Shown piece after piece: positions 28,697 to 38,817 of a DNA stretch of 64,000 nucleotides (position 1 is the stretch's first letter; each line of letters begins with the position of its first letter). The stretch covers positions 36,915 to 100,914 of the forward strand of contig JBAXAB010000001.1 in assembly GCA_037142735.1 (NCBI GenBank). Reading direction: 5' to 3'. A model generated the notes under the pieces. It worked only from the letters and a program-made list of their open reading frames with translations, did no database searches and was not told where the DNA came from. The position numbers and the translations under genes are program-made. Origin of the DNA: a bacterium (lineage in GTDB: Bacteria > Patescibacteriota > Minisyncoccia > Phycocordibacterales > CAIZLB01).

Positions 28697-29044
28697 TTAC
28701 CCCATTAAGAATCTCGGGGTATCCCGTTGAGTAGAGTCACCCGGGAGACGCGAAATCTCGCAAGCGGTAATGCGGGGATCATCGATCAATATCCTTCCGT
28801 CAATCTCGACAGCGCTGAACGTGTGTTGAATCCTCCCGTTAACCGTCTGGTGAACTGGGCCCAGAACGGTGGTCCGTTTAGGGGGAACAGGACTCGCTTG
28901 AACCATATCGCCCTCTTGGCGGACAGCGTATGGTTCATCATCGCGATCATTGGCGGACAGCCGCTTACGATCAACAGAAGTCGCACTTGGCATATCGAGT
29001 CCGTGTTGATGGCTTAGCTTTTTCCTACTGTGTTTTCCTCTCAT
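28697..29044 (-). CDS. Hypothetical protein (GC-rich islet)
   Basis: ATG after a CA-rich leader; extended -10 TGGTATAGT upstream; terminator at about 28626-28668. Confidence 0.6.
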   Translation of the reverse strand: MRGKHSRKKLSHQHGLDMPSATSVDRKRLSANDRDDEPYAVRQEGDMVQASPVPPKRTTVLGPVHQTVNGRIQHTFSAVEIDGRILIDDPRITACEISRLPGDSTQRDTPRFLMG

Positions 29045-29144
29045 GGTCGGTAGTTGTTTCTTCAGTGGTTGGAGTTAGTGGTGGTAGGAAGCAGGTACTG
29101 TTTCCCGACCAAAACTATACCACAATATAGGAAATGTGGAAAGT

Positions 29145-29600
29145 CTAGCTAAACAACCCTTCAACCACAGCCTTTACATCAGACCCATCCGCTTTACCCT
29201 TTAATTCGGTCATAACTGCCTTCATAAGCAATCCTTGCTTGGATTTATCATCAATACCTAATTCTGCCTTTTTCGCCTCTACAACAGCTTTTATATCGTC
29301 ACGAGACATCATCTGAGGCAAGAACTTTTCTAATACTAACAATTCCGCTTGTTCACTTTCTGCAAGATCAGGTCTGCCACCAGAAGTGAATTGTTCAATG
29401 GAATCTTTTCTCTGTTTTACATTTCGACGAATAACTGCCAATACTTCTTCATCATTTAAAAAGTCTTGCGGCTTTCTTTGTGTTGCCACAAGCTCGTTTG
29501 TGAAGGCACTTACCAAGCCTCGTAGTGTTGTCAGTCTGACGGCGTCCTTGGCCATCATGGCTTCTTTAATTTGTCCTTTGATTTCTTCGTGTAAGCTCAT
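29145..29600 (-). CDS. yqeY: GatB/YqeY domain protein
   Basis: IKEAMMAKD, KQRKDSIEQF..GGRPDLAE.E, FLPQMMS, KGKADG. Confidence 0.93.
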   Translation of the reverse strand: MSLHEEIKGQIKEAMMAKDAVRLTTLRGLVSAFTNELVATQRKPQDFLNDEEVLAVIRRNVKQRKDSIEQFTSGGRPDLAESEQAELLVLEKFLPQMMSRDDIKAVVEAKKAELGIDDKSKQGLLMKAVMTELKGKADGSDVKAVVEGLFS

Positions 29601-29634
29601 ATAAATTTATATTAAGTTTGTTATACTATACCGT

Positions 29635-30744
29635 ATGACTAATACTGTGCTCATCATTCTAGCCTTAATCGTAATTATATTCAACGTAATTTTTGTGTTC
29701 TGGCAGAGTCGAAAAAAAGAGGGAGGAGTTGATGTGACCTCCATATTGACCCAATCAACAGCGCAATCAGCTGCTCAAAATGCCAGCCTTCAAATGCTCA
29801 CCCAGCAGTTAAATGAACTTTCACGTACTGTTGATGGAAAAATGGGGGACACATCTAGAATGGTTCAAGAATCTTTTCGTAACCAGGCGAATGAGTCTTT
29901 TAAAGTAATTAAGGATATCACCGAGCGTCTAACCAAATTAGACGAGACAAACAAACAAGTAGTCTCTTTTGCCGATCAACTGCAATCTTTACAGGATGTA
30001 TTGAAGAATCCAAAACAGAGAGGAATTCTTGGTGAATACTTTTTGGAGACGTTGTTAAAGAACGTTCTGCCTTCAGGTTCGTTCCAAATGCAATATCCAT
30101 TTAAAGATGGAACGATTGTGGACGCAGTGGTATTTGTGAAGGATAAAGTTATACCTATTGATTCCAAATTCAGTTTGGAAAATTATAATCGATTATCAGA
30201 AGAGCGGGATCCGGTCGAGCGTGAAAAATTAGAAAAGGCTTTTCGTAATGACCTTAAAAATCGCATTGATGAAACCAGCAAATATATCAAACCGGATGAA
30301 GGAACCATGGAATTCGCATTTATGTTCATCCCTCACGAAGCGATCTATTATGAACTGCTAATTGCTCAAATCGGATCAGTTAAAGTAAACACCCGAGACC
30401 TCATCGAATACGCCTTTAAGGAAAAACATGTGTGCATTGTGTCACCAACCTCATTCTTAGCATTCCTGCAGACAGTTCTACAGGGATTAAAAGCTCTCCA
30501 AATTGAAGAATCCGCAAAAGACATCAGAAAGCGAGTAGGGGAATTGGGCAAGCATTTGTCGGCGTATGATCAGTATATGAAATCTTTAGGTAAGTCTCTT
30601 GGAACTTCTGTTAGTCATTACAACAAGGCTGACCTTGAACTAAGGAAGATTGATAAGGATGTTTTTCGCATCACCGAAAAGGAAGTATCCATTGGGATTG
30701 AGCCACTTATTCTAGAAAAGCCGAATGAGGATGAGGAAGTTTAA
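29635..30744 (+). CDS. rmuC: DNA recombination protein RmuC
   Basis: NPKQRGILGE, PIDSKF, FAFMFIPHEAIY, IVSPTS. Confidence 0.93.
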   Translation: MTNTVLIILALIVIIFNVIFVFWQSRKKEGGVDVTSILTQSTAQSAAQNASLQMLTQQLNELSRTVDGKMGDTSRMVQESFRNQANESFKVIKDITERLTKLDETNKQVVSFADQLQSLQDVLKNPKQRGILGEYFLETLLKNVLPSGSFQMQYPFKDGTIVDAVVFVKDKVIPIDSKFSLENYNRLSEERDPVEREKLEKAFRNDLKNRIDETSKYIKPDEGTMEFAFMFIPHEAIYYELLIAQIGSVKVNTRDLIEYAFKEKHVCIVSPTSFLAFLQTVLQGLKALQIEESAKDIRKRVGELGKHLSAYDQYMKSLGKSLGTSVSHYNKADLELRKIDKDVFRITEKEVSIGIEPLILEKPNEDEEV

Positions 30745-30755
30745 ATTTTAGAGAT

Positions 30756-31643
30756 ATGTTCGAAATACAGAAAATCCAACCTGAAGAATCCCACGCGGTC
30801 ATTGATTCTTTTTTAAAATCTAGAAAATTTGTACCTATTTTCTTTTATTCTCCGTATACCATTAACACCTGGCTCAATCATCAGAACAAATCGCTTTATG
30901 TTGCGACCTTAGATCATGAGCGTGTATTCATGATTCATAAGGAAGTGACAAATGAGGTAAGGTTTCTTTTTTCTGAACCTTCTGATCAAATGTGTACAGA
31001 AATTAAGGCTCATTTCAAGCCTCAATTTATTTCAGCCAATGAATTAGGTGAGGCCTCTCATCCTGTAGAGTTATACACGTCCTATAATGAACTCATGATT
31101 GATGTCACAAAGGTTGCCAATTTAGAAGACCCTGAAGTATCCAAAGATTACAAAAAATGTCAGCTTCGGCATCCAGATTTAAAAGTGGTCAAATACACTG
31201 TAAACGAAATGGAATCCATAAAAACCTTTTTAAATGAGTGGTCACACACAAGAAGTGCAGAAATGAACAAGCGTGCCAAAATCGAGAACGATCTGCGCTT
31301 TTTTAGTTTGTATATGAATGCACTGGAGCTAAAAGGACTTTTAATTAAAGATGCAGACAAAGTCATTGCAATTAGTTTTTTTATTCCTAGTCTTGATGGA
31401 AAAGTGATTGGGGTTATTAATAAATGTTTAAGAGGCTATACACAATTGGGTGTTTACACTTTTGTTGAAAGAGCGAAAATGATGCTAAGCCTCGGTTATA
31501 CCGAAGCCTATATTGGAGCGATAAATAATGACTTTAAAAAGAGATTTATTAATAGTGCCGTTATACACAAAACTCTTGCTAGGGAGATATTTAGAAGCCC
31601 AGAATTTGTGACCTCTGGGCCTTATATCTTGAGGCTCTTTTAG
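30756..31643 (+). CDS. Hypothetical protein, possible GNAT/DUF2156 (aminoacyl-PG synthase C-terminal-like) fold
   Basis: FLNEW...GLLIKDADKVIAISF...KCLRGYTQLG...FKKRF pattern; weak by-eye similarity only. Confidence 0.5.
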   Translation: MFEIQKIQPEESHAVIDSFLKSRKFVPIFFYSPYTINTWLNHQNKSLYVATLDHERVFMIHKEVTNEVRFLFSEPSDQMCTEIKAHFKPQFISANELGEASHPVELYTSYNELMIDVTKVANLEDPEVSKDYKKCQLRHPDLKVVKYTVNEMESIKTFLNEWSHTRSAEMNKRAKIENDLRFFSLYMNALELKGLLIKDADKVIAISFFIPSLDGKVIGVINKCLRGYTQLGVYTFVERAKMMLSLGYTEAYIGAINNDFKKRFINSAVIHKTLAREIFRSPEFVTSGPYILRLF

Positions 31644-31712
31644 CTCTATGCAAAAGGAAAGCCGCCGCTCGGTTGAAAACCAAGCGGCGGCGGTGCCTAC
31701 CAAGGATGAGGC

Positions 31713-31925
31713 CTATTTTTTGGCCACCTTCGGCTGCTCGAACGCGAGCTCGAAGAAGTTTGTTAGGACTTCCTTTTGTCTCTTGTTCAATTGGACTTCG
31801 CCCTCCTTGTCGAGAACTTCCCGCAGCAAACGAAGACTGGCTCTTAGCTCTGTTGCTTTGGGGTGAGTTTTCGGGACGACGAGTGTCTTGCAAAAGGTTC
31901 TGACCGAGCGATCTTTGTCTGCCAT
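31713..31925 (-). CDS. 70-aa basic hypothetical protein (islet)
   Basis: TTGACA/TAAAAT promoter, CA-rich leader ending ACTCACCACC-ATG, terminator CCGCCGCT/AGCGGCGG at about 31660-31692. Confidence 0.65.
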   Translation of the reverse strand: MADKDRSVRTFCKTLVVPKTHPKATELRASLRLLREVLDKEGEVQLNKRQKEVLTNFFELAFEQPKVAKK

Positions 31926-32072
31926 GGTGGTGAGTGGGTTTTGGTTGTGGTGAATTTTGTGCCAGTAACATTTTAACACGAATAAGCTTATACTGTCAAA
32001 TCATCCTCGTGCAGGAAAATCTATACGCTCCTCTTGTCTTTTAACATCTTTTATCATATACTGTCTCACACT

Positions 32073-32468
32073 ATGGCAACTGAAAAAACAATCGTAAAGA
32101 AAGCCCCTAAGGCAAAAAAGGCAACAACAACTGCTCCTGAAAATAATGGTGCTTTTGCAATTATCATGACTGGTGGCAAGCAATACCGAGTATCCGAAGG
32201 AACTACACTTAAAATTGAAAAGATTAAAGGTGAACACAAGGTAGGCGATAAACTTACTTTTGATCAGGTTCTTATGACAGGAAATGGTACTGAAACTACT
32301 CTTGGAAATCCAACAGTGAAGGGTGTTTCTGTTACTGCTGAACTTGTTGAGATCGGACGAAACGCAAAGGTAATCATTTATAAATACAAAAACAAGAGCC
32401 GTTCAGGGACTTCAAGAAAGGGTCACCGACAGCCACATTTTAAGGTAAAGATTTCTTCAATCAAGTAA
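32073..32468 (+). CDS. rplU: 50S ribosomal protein L21
   Basis: FAIIMTGGKQYRV, KGHRQPH; Lys/Ala/Thr-rich N-terminal extension. Confidence 0.96.
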   Translation: MATEKTIVKKAPKAKKATTTAPENNGAFAIIMTGGKQYRVSEGTTLKIEKIKGEHKVGDKLTFDQVLMTGNGTETTLGNPTVKGVSVTAELVEIGRNAKVIIYKYKNKSRSGTSRKGHRQPHFKVKISSIK

Positions 32469-32471
32469 TCT

Positions 32472-32498
32472 AAAAAAAACCCCGAAAGGGGATTTTTT
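32472..32498. terminator. Bidirectional terminator rplU/recR
   Basis: A8-CCCC-GAAA-GGGG-A-T6. Confidence 0.75.
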
Positions 32499-32534
32499 GT
32501 TTCTGGGCATTTCTAGCAGCTTCTTACTCTGAAC

Positions 32535-33158
32535 CTATCGTCTATTCATCATTGCGCTCTTAATAGTATCCGCATCAGAATATTCCAATTCTGTTCCTGT
32601 TGAAAGTCCACGTCCCAAGGTTGTTACCCTAACTCCATCACCTAATTGTTTCTTTAAAAGTCCTTGAACATAATAAAAAGTGTTCTCACCTTCAGGATTG
32701 GCGCTAGTCGCGATAATTACTTCTTTAAGGCCTGATGAGGTGCTTGAAAGAGATTTCGTGCGTTCTAATAACTGCTCTTGTCTAATGAACGTTGACGGCT
32801 TCTCTTCGAGAATCGGCACATTTCCTCCAAGTACAAAATACAAACCATTAAATGCTCTAGATTTCTCCATATTATCTAAATCAACATCTCGAGCGACAAT
32901 CATCAAAATATTTTGTTCTCTGTTACCATCAACACAGATCTGACAAACATTTGGGATATCCAATTGTTTAACTGAGAAAAATCTTTGACACAATTTACAC
33001 TGTGCCACATCATTGTTTAGTTTTTTAATATTCTCAACTATTTCTTCTACGGTATTGTCGTTTCTTGAAAGCAGGTGATAGACAAATCGTCGGGCTTGGC
33101 GTGGGCCAACTCCGGGAAACTTTCTAAATATTTCAGTTAGTTTGTCGATACTGGACAT
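32535..33158 (-). CDS. recR: Recombination mediator RecR
   Basis: FPGVGPRQARR, CxxC...CxxC, YFVLGG, ATSANPEGENT, GTELEYSD. Confidence 0.95.
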   Translation of the reverse strand: MSSIDKLTEIFRKFPGVGPRQARRFVYHLLSRNDNTVEEIVENIKKLNNDVAQCKLCQRFFSVKQLDIPNVCQICVDGNREQNILMIVARDVDLDNMEKSRAFNGLYFVLGGNVPILEEKPSTFIRQEQLLERTKSLSSTSSGLKEVIIATSANPEGENTFYYVQGLLKKQLGDGVRVTTLGRGLSTGTELEYSDADTIKSAMMNRR

Positions 33159-33221
33159 ACACGTATTAAGTAATTATCACGTCGCGCTTTAATGGACGGT
33201 GCGCGACGTGATTTCGTAAAA

Positions 33222-34673
33222 TCACATTCCTGGCTCCATACCCATGTGTTCGCTAAAATCACCAAAGTCTTTCTTTTCGACACTTTGGAAGCTGGTAATT
33301 TTATTGTTGAAGTACAACTGTAGACTTCCAGTTGGACCATTTCTATGTTTTTCAATCAAAATTTCAGTCACATTCGGAGCAGAGCCTGGTTCATCCTTGT
33401 ATTTATCCTCACGGTGAATGAACATAACCAAATCGGCGTCCTGTTCAATTGAACCTGAATCTCGAAGGTCAGATAGACGAGGTTTACCTCCACGCTGTTC
33501 TACGGCACGGGATAGCTGAGAAAGGGCAATAACCGGCACCTCTAATTCACGAGCGAGATGTTTTAAAGATCTTGAAATCTCGGTAATCTGCTGAACCACG
33601 TTATCACTTTTAACAGACTGAGTAGGGGCCATGAGTTGCAAGTAGTCTACGATAATAAGTCCAAGACCTTTTTCACTCTTTAAACGTCGGGCCACGCTTC
33701 GCATCTTCAAAATATTATTTCCAGGAGTGTCTTCTATGTAAATTGGTGCTTTTGAAAGACGAGCCATAGCTTCACCAATTTGTGCAAAGTCTTCTTCACG
33801 AGAAAGTTTACCTGTGCGCATTTTCCATGAATCCACCATTGATTCAGCCGAAAGCATACGATTGATCAATTGGGCGGCACTCATTTCAAGCGAGAATATT
33901 CCAACGGGAATATTGTATTTAACCGCAGCATTACGAGCAATGTCCAAAGCGAAAGCTGTTTTACCCACTGATGGTCGCGCGGCAAGAATAATGAGATCAG
34001 ATTTTTGAAAACCAGCTGTTTTTAAGTCTAACTCTGGGAAACCACTCATAACACCTTGCCCAGCCTCACCACCAGAGTTGTGAATTTTATCAATTTGTTC
34101 CCACACACCCTTAAGCACATCTTTTACATCACGGAATTTTGTTGCACTCGTTTTATTTGTCACTTCAAAAATCCTTTTTTCCGCCTGATCGAGTAGTTCG
34201 TCTAGGTGTCCTGCTTCTTCGTAACCGATATGAGCAACATGGTCAGAGGCTAAAATCAAATTACGCATATATGATTTTTTCTGAATAATTTCAGCATAGT
34301 GTTCGAGGTTAGTAGCCGAAGGAACCACATGAACCAATTCAGCAAGGTATGAAGCACCTCCAACCTGATCTAGTATTTGCTTTTCCTGAAGAAGGTTTTT
34401 AACTGCCACCAAATCCATTGGACTGTGAGTATTAAAAAGATCATTCATGACACGGAAAATCAGGCGATGTTTTTCACTATAAAAAGTATCTTCATTGATA
34501 ATGTCCAGAATATCTGAGAAGGCTTGATTGCGAATCATCAAAGATCCTAGAACTGCTTTTTCTGCTTCAAGATTATGAGGGGGGACACGTAAACTATTAG
34601 CACCGACGAAACCAGACTCGATCGAAGTATATGGGGTTTTATATAACCCACGAGATTGTGTACGTTGAGCCAT
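33222..34673 (-). CDS. dnaB: Replicative DNA helicase DnaB
   Basis: PPHNLEAEKAVLG, AARPSVGKT, VDYLQL, LSQLSR, DLRDSGSIEQDAD; no intein. Confidence 0.98.
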   Translation of the reverse strand: MAQRTQSRGLYKTPYTSIESGFVGANSLRVPPHNLEAEKAVLGSLMIRNQAFSDILDIINEDTFYSEKHRLIFRVMNDLFNTHSPMDLVAVKNLLQEKQILDQVGGASYLAELVHVVPSATNLEHYAEIIQKKSYMRNLILASDHVAHIGYEEAGHLDELLDQAEKRIFEVTNKTSATKFRDVKDVLKGVWEQIDKIHNSGGEAGQGVMSGFPELDLKTAGFQKSDLIILAARPSVGKTAFALDIARNAAVKYNIPVGIFSLEMSAAQLINRMLSAESMVDSWKMRTGKLSREEDFAQIGEAMARLSKAPIYIEDTPGNNILKMRSVARRLKSEKGLGLIIVDYLQLMAPTQSVKSDNVVQQITEISRSLKHLARELEVPVIALSQLSRAVEQRGGKPRLSDLRDSGSIEQDADLVMFIHREDKYKDEPGSAPNVTEILIEKHRNGPTGSLQLYFNNKITSFQSVEKKDFGDFSEHMGMEPGM

Positions 34674-34812
34674 GGTGTACATTTTACACCTGAATGTAAG
34701 ATAAAGAAAATATCAAAAAACCATCAAAATGTTCACAAGCTGTTAATAGCAACTGAACAAGTTTTCACCTTACAAAAACTATCCCAAAATAGGTTGGAAA
34801 CAAAAGAAAATC

Positions 34813-35388
34813 TTATGATTTGAGATGAATACGGGTGATTCTCTCTTTCAAGAAAGAGAAGAGTTTAATTGAGAAGAACAGCGCTACACAATAGAGAATA
34901 ATAAATGACAACGGGGTAGGCACATTTCGGACACTAGCCAAATATTCATAACTTGTAGCGAGCACAGCACTCACCCACGTGATTGTCGAGACAATCACGG
35001 TGTTAATTAGAGAATCACTGTGATAAATAAAACTATCAGACAAATGCACATTATGTTTTTGATGACGCAAAAGGGTAGGGAGATGAATTTTACGAAGGGT
35101 AAGAGCAGAAAGAAAGATAATAGAGAGAAGAAGAAGTTTCACTAACCAATATGAGAAAGAAGAATCTGATGACTGCATCACTTCGAAAGAAATAATACTG
35201 ACATCTGTCACAAGGGCAATGACTACTGACACAATGGCCGAAAGATTAAGTCTAAAAATCATTTTGACGTCACGTGCCGACAAAATTCTAGTCTTAGCCG
35301 AGGTGACAAAAAATAAATCTATAATAAATGCAGAGCCGGCCCCAAGAGCGAGTGCTGCGAAGTGAATTGAAAATAAAATAATACTCAT
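34813..35388 (-). CDS. Multi-pass membrane protein
   Basis: About five hydrophobic helices. Confidence 0.75.
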   Translation of the reverse strand: MSIILFSIHFAALALGAGSAFIIDLFFVTSAKTRILSARDVKMIFRLNLSAIVSVVIALVTDVSIISFEVMQSSDSSFSYWLVKLLLLSIIFLSALTLRKIHLPTLLRHQKHNVHLSDSFIYHSDSLINTVIVSTITWVSAVLATSYEYLASVRNVPTPLSFIILYCVALFFSIKLFSFLKERITRIHLKS

Positions 35389-35422
35389 ATGATAATTTTG
35401 TTAAGTGCTCTGTATGTAGATA

Positions 35423-36841
35423 TTATACCTCTAATTTTTTAATTCGGGTACCCTCTGGGGTGTCGAAAACTTCATATCCTTTATTTGTGAGAAAATCACG
35501 TAACTCGTCTGATTTTTTCCATTCCTTATTTTGACGTGCCAAATCTCTTTGTTCAATAATCTTTTTAATATCATCTGAGATAGTATTCTGGAAATCATCT
35601 TCTGATTTAATATTATTTTCAATTTCAATATTTAGATTAAGACCCAACACTTCATCGAACTTAAGTAATGTAGAAATATTTATGCTGTTTGATTTAATTA
35701 GACCCCATACATATGAGACGGCGCCTGGCATGTTCAAATTATCATTCACAATGTCAGTGAATTCAGCGAGTTGCGACTGATCAATAATTTCTGCTGCATT
35801 ACTGTTTGCTTTCATAAGAACGCCTTGTTGGACCAATCTCTGTCGTGCCTGTTTGGCAGCATCTAATGATTCGTAACTAAAATTAAGGGAGGTAGACCAG
35901 TGTGCTGTTAACAGCAAATATCGATAATCAAGAGGGGAGTAGCCTTTTTCGATTAGGTCTTTGAGGCTGATGCCACCTGTGGATTTTGCCATTTTAGCAT
36001 CTTTTAGATTCAAAAAAGCACCATGAAGCCAATAGTGCGCAAAGGCCTTGCCAGTGGCATTTTCAGACTGAGCAATCTCATTATTATGATGTGTAGAAAT
36101 AAGATCTATTCCACCAGTGTGGATATCAAATGTTTCTCCCAAATATTTCATAGACATAGCAGAACATTCAATGTGCCATCCTGGAAAACCTTTTCCCCAG
36201 GGCGCTTCGTATCCCAATTCTGGATTGAACTTCCATAAAGCAAAATCTCGTGGATCTTTTTTTTCTGGGTTTGTCGCAAGTCGACTTTGTAATTCTTTCT
36301 CATCAATAATCGCCACTCCTCCTAATTTTCCATATTCTGGATATTTAATGGTATCGAAGTACAGGCCGTCACTTGTTGCGTATGTCAGTCCTTTCTGTGA
36401 AAGGGTAGCAATTAAATCCATGTCTTCTTGTATGTGATCACTGGCCATAGGCAGTACATGCGGAGTCATGATGTTAAGACCAACTAAATCATTTTTAAAA
36501 GCTTCTGTATAAAACAACGCAATATCCTTCATGTTTTTCAGATTCAGTTCTTTTCCTTCTCTTCTTAAGGCTTTGGTCATTTTGTCATCACCACTATCAG
36601 CATCCGAAATCAGGTGGCCAATATCAGTGACGTTCATAACTTGCTTCACTTTGTATCCATTAAATTGAAAAACTCTTCTTAATAAATCTCCCAACATAAA
36701 TGACCTTAGATTTCCAATCTGCAAATAGTCATACACCGTCGGACCACAATGATACATTGTCACTTCATTCTCCTTAATAGGGGTAAAAACTCTTTTTTCT
36801 TTGTGGAGCGTATCGAAAAGGTATATCGGCTTTGCTGTCAT
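35423..36841 (-). CDS. cysS: Cysteine--tRNA ligase
   Basis: CGPTVY, DFALWK, PGWHIECSAMS, HHNNEIAQ, KMAKS. Confidence 0.97.
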   Translation of the reverse strand: MTAKPIYLFDTLHKEKRVFTPIKENEVTMYHCGPTVYDYLQIGNLRSFMLGDLLRRVFQFNGYKVKQVMNVTDIGHLISDADSGDDKMTKALRREGKELNLKNMKDIALFYTEAFKNDLVGLNIMTPHVLPMASDHIQEDMDLIATLSQKGLTYATSDGLYFDTIKYPEYGKLGGVAIIDEKELQSRLATNPEKKDPRDFALWKFNPELGYEAPWGKGFPGWHIECSAMSMKYLGETFDIHTGGIDLISTHHNNEIAQSENATGKAFAHYWLHGAFLNLKDAKMAKSTGGISLKDLIEKGYSPLDYRYLLLTAHWSTSLNFSYESLDAAKQARQRLVQQGVLMKANSNAAEIIDQSQLAEFTDIVNDNLNMPGAVSYVWGLIKSNSINISTLLKFDEVLGLNLNIEIENNIKSEDDFQNTISDDIKKIIEQRDLARQNKEWKKSDELRDFLTNKGYEVFDTPEGTRIKKLEV

Positions 36842-36919
36842 TGTTTTACGAAATTATTAACTGGCATTATACAACCATTTATGAGATACTGCTAACATAA
36901 TTTTTAACAAATAAACCTC

Positions 36920-38197
36920 ATGAATTCTGAATCAGAAACAAACAACGTGGCACATCCTCAACATCCAATTAAAAAAATAGTAGCTATCTTTGTTTTGATT
37001 GCAATGTTTAGTATTGGTTTCGTCACAGGCAAATCAAACGATGTTGAAGCCCGACAATTCAGCGGTAATTCTGCTTCAACTAAGGTCTCTGATTTGGACT
37101 TTAGCCTATTCTGGAAAGTGTGGACTTTGGTAAATGAAAAATACGTACCGACCCATGTAGCGACCTCAACGGCTGGGATTGCCACTACTACAGTAGCTAC
37201 TAATCAGGACAGAATTTACGGAGCCATAAAAGGCATGGTTTCAGCTATGGGAGACCCATATACGACATTCTTTACACCTGAGGAAAATACATCGTTTAAG
37301 ACCCAAATAGACGGTAATTTCGAGGGTATAGGCATGGAAGTAGGCCAAAAAGATGGCATTTTAACGGTGATTGCTCCGATTGCAGGTTCTCCATCAGAAA
37401 GAGCGGGAATAAAGACTGGCGATAAAATCATCAAAATAAATGACACAATATCCTCAGATCTTTCAGTCGATCAAGCAGTTTCTCTAATTCGTGGAAAAAA
37501 AGGGACAAAGGTAATCTTAACTATTTTACGTGAAGGTTCTACAAAACCAATTGTGTATGAAATCACTCGTGACGTTATAAACTTACCGACTCTTGATGCA
37601 AACTACTCTACATCAACTGGAATCTACACAATCAGATTATATTCATTTAATGCAAATTCTCGGGATCTATTCAATAAGGAAATCGACAAATTCGCACTTA
37701 GTGGATCAAATAAATTAATTATTGACCTTCGCGGAAACCCTGGAGGCTTTCTTGACTCAGCAGTATCAATTGCAAGTAACTTCTTACCAGGAGGAGCAGT
37801 AGTGGTTCGTGAAAGCTATGGAACTAACAAGCCCGAAGACGTGATCCGCAGTGAGGGATATAATACTTTTGCAAATAAAAAGCTTCCAAAGATTGTCATC
37901 TTGATAGATGGGGGATCCGCTTCTGCCTCCGAGATTTTGGCAGGTGCCTTACATGAACAAGGAGTGGCAACATTGGTAGGAACTCAGTCTTTTGGAAAAG
38001 GATCAGTCCAGGAATTGGTTCAAGTCACTCCAGACACCTCTTTGAAGGTAACAGTGGCAAGATGGTTAACTCCACAGGGTAATTCAATCTCTCAGGTGGG
38101 CATAAAGCCTGACGTTGAGGTCAAAATCAGTGAAGATGACGTCAAAGCCCAGAAAGACCCCCAGCTGGCCAAGGCGGTTGAAATCCTGACCAAATAG
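36920..38197 (+). CDS. S41 carboxy-terminal processing protease (CtpA/Prc-like)
   Basis: PDZ FEGIG, DLRGNPGG, SASASEI, SFGKGSVQ, GIKPD. Confidence 0.95.
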   Translation: MNSESETNNVAHPQHPIKKIVAIFVLIAMFSIGFVTGKSNDVEARQFSGNSASTKVSDLDFSLFWKVWTLVNEKYVPTHVATSTAGIATTTVATNQDRIYGAIKGMVSAMGDPYTTFFTPEENTSFKTQIDGNFEGIGMEVGQKDGILTVIAPIAGSPSERAGIKTGDKIIKINDTISSDLSVDQAVSLIRGKKGTKVILTILREGSTKPIVYEITRDVINLPTLDANYSTSTGIYTIRLYSFNANSRDLFNKEIDKFALSGSNKLIIDLRGNPGGFLDSAVSIASNFLPGGAVVVRESYGTNKPEDVIRSEGYNTFANKKLPKIVILIDGGSASASEILAGALHEQGVATLVGTQSFGKGSVQELVQVTPDTSLKVTVARWLTPQGNSISQVGIKPDVEVKISEDDVKAQKDPQLAKAVEILTK

Positions 38198-38244
38198 TGC
38201 TAGTATTTCACGACTTATCAAATACATATAAATTATCCATACAC

Positions 38245-38688
38245 ATGAAAGTAATCTTACTTCGCGACGTGCCAAAGATTGGTCACAAATATCAGGTTAT
38301 GACAGTAGCTGACGGCTATGCTGGAAACTTCTTGTTTCCAAACAAATTGGCAGAACAGGCTACTCAATCAGCTCTTGTTCGAGTCGAAAAATTAATGGCT
38401 GAGGAAAAAGCTCAGAAATCTATTCGTGAAGACCTCCTTATTAAAAACCTTAAGGCTATTAATGGTGTAACTATCGAAATCACTGAAAAGGCGAACGCGA
38501 AGGGTCACTTGTTCGCTGGGGTACACAAGGACCTTTTGATTCCTGCTCTAAAGGAACAGACTCGATTGGATATCGATGCGGAACACATTGTTTTGGATAA
38601 ACCATTGAAAGAAGTAGGCGAACACAAGGTGACTATTAAAGTTCAGGATAAAACAGCAGAGTTTACGGTAAATATTCTAGCGGCGTAA
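38245..38688 (+). CDS. rplI: 50S ribosomal protein L9
   Basis: MKVILLRDV, VADGYAGNFLFP, GHLFAGV, LKEVGEH. Confidence 0.95.
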   Translation: MKVILLRDVPKIGHKYQVMTVADGYAGNFLFPNKLAEQATQSALVRVEKLMAEEKAQKSIREDLLIKNLKAINGVTIEITEKANAKGHLFAGVHKDLLIPALKEQTRLDIDAEHIVLDKPLKEVGEHKVTIKVQDKTAEFTVNILAA

Positions 38689-38702
38689 AGATTTATATAG
38701 AT

Positions 38703-38780
38703 AAAAACCTCTCACATCTTGAGAGGTTTTTATTTTGAAGCAAATCAAAACCCCGGCGGTTCCTTTGGACCGCGCGGGGC
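38703..38780. terminator. Two back-to-back terminators (rplI and the convergent islet gene)
   Basis: AAAAACCTCTC / GAGAGGTTTTT (38703-31) and CCCCGGCGG...CCGCGCGGGG (about 38751-79). Confidence 0.65.
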
Positions 38781-38817
38781 GTGAATTGTTTCGTTTAGTG
38801 GGATTCAGGGTTGGGAA

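Noticed and set aside
34690-34800. Replication origin or DnaA-box cluster upstream of dnaB
   Set aside because: Only poor matches to TTATCCACA (about three mismatches), and no dnaA nearby.
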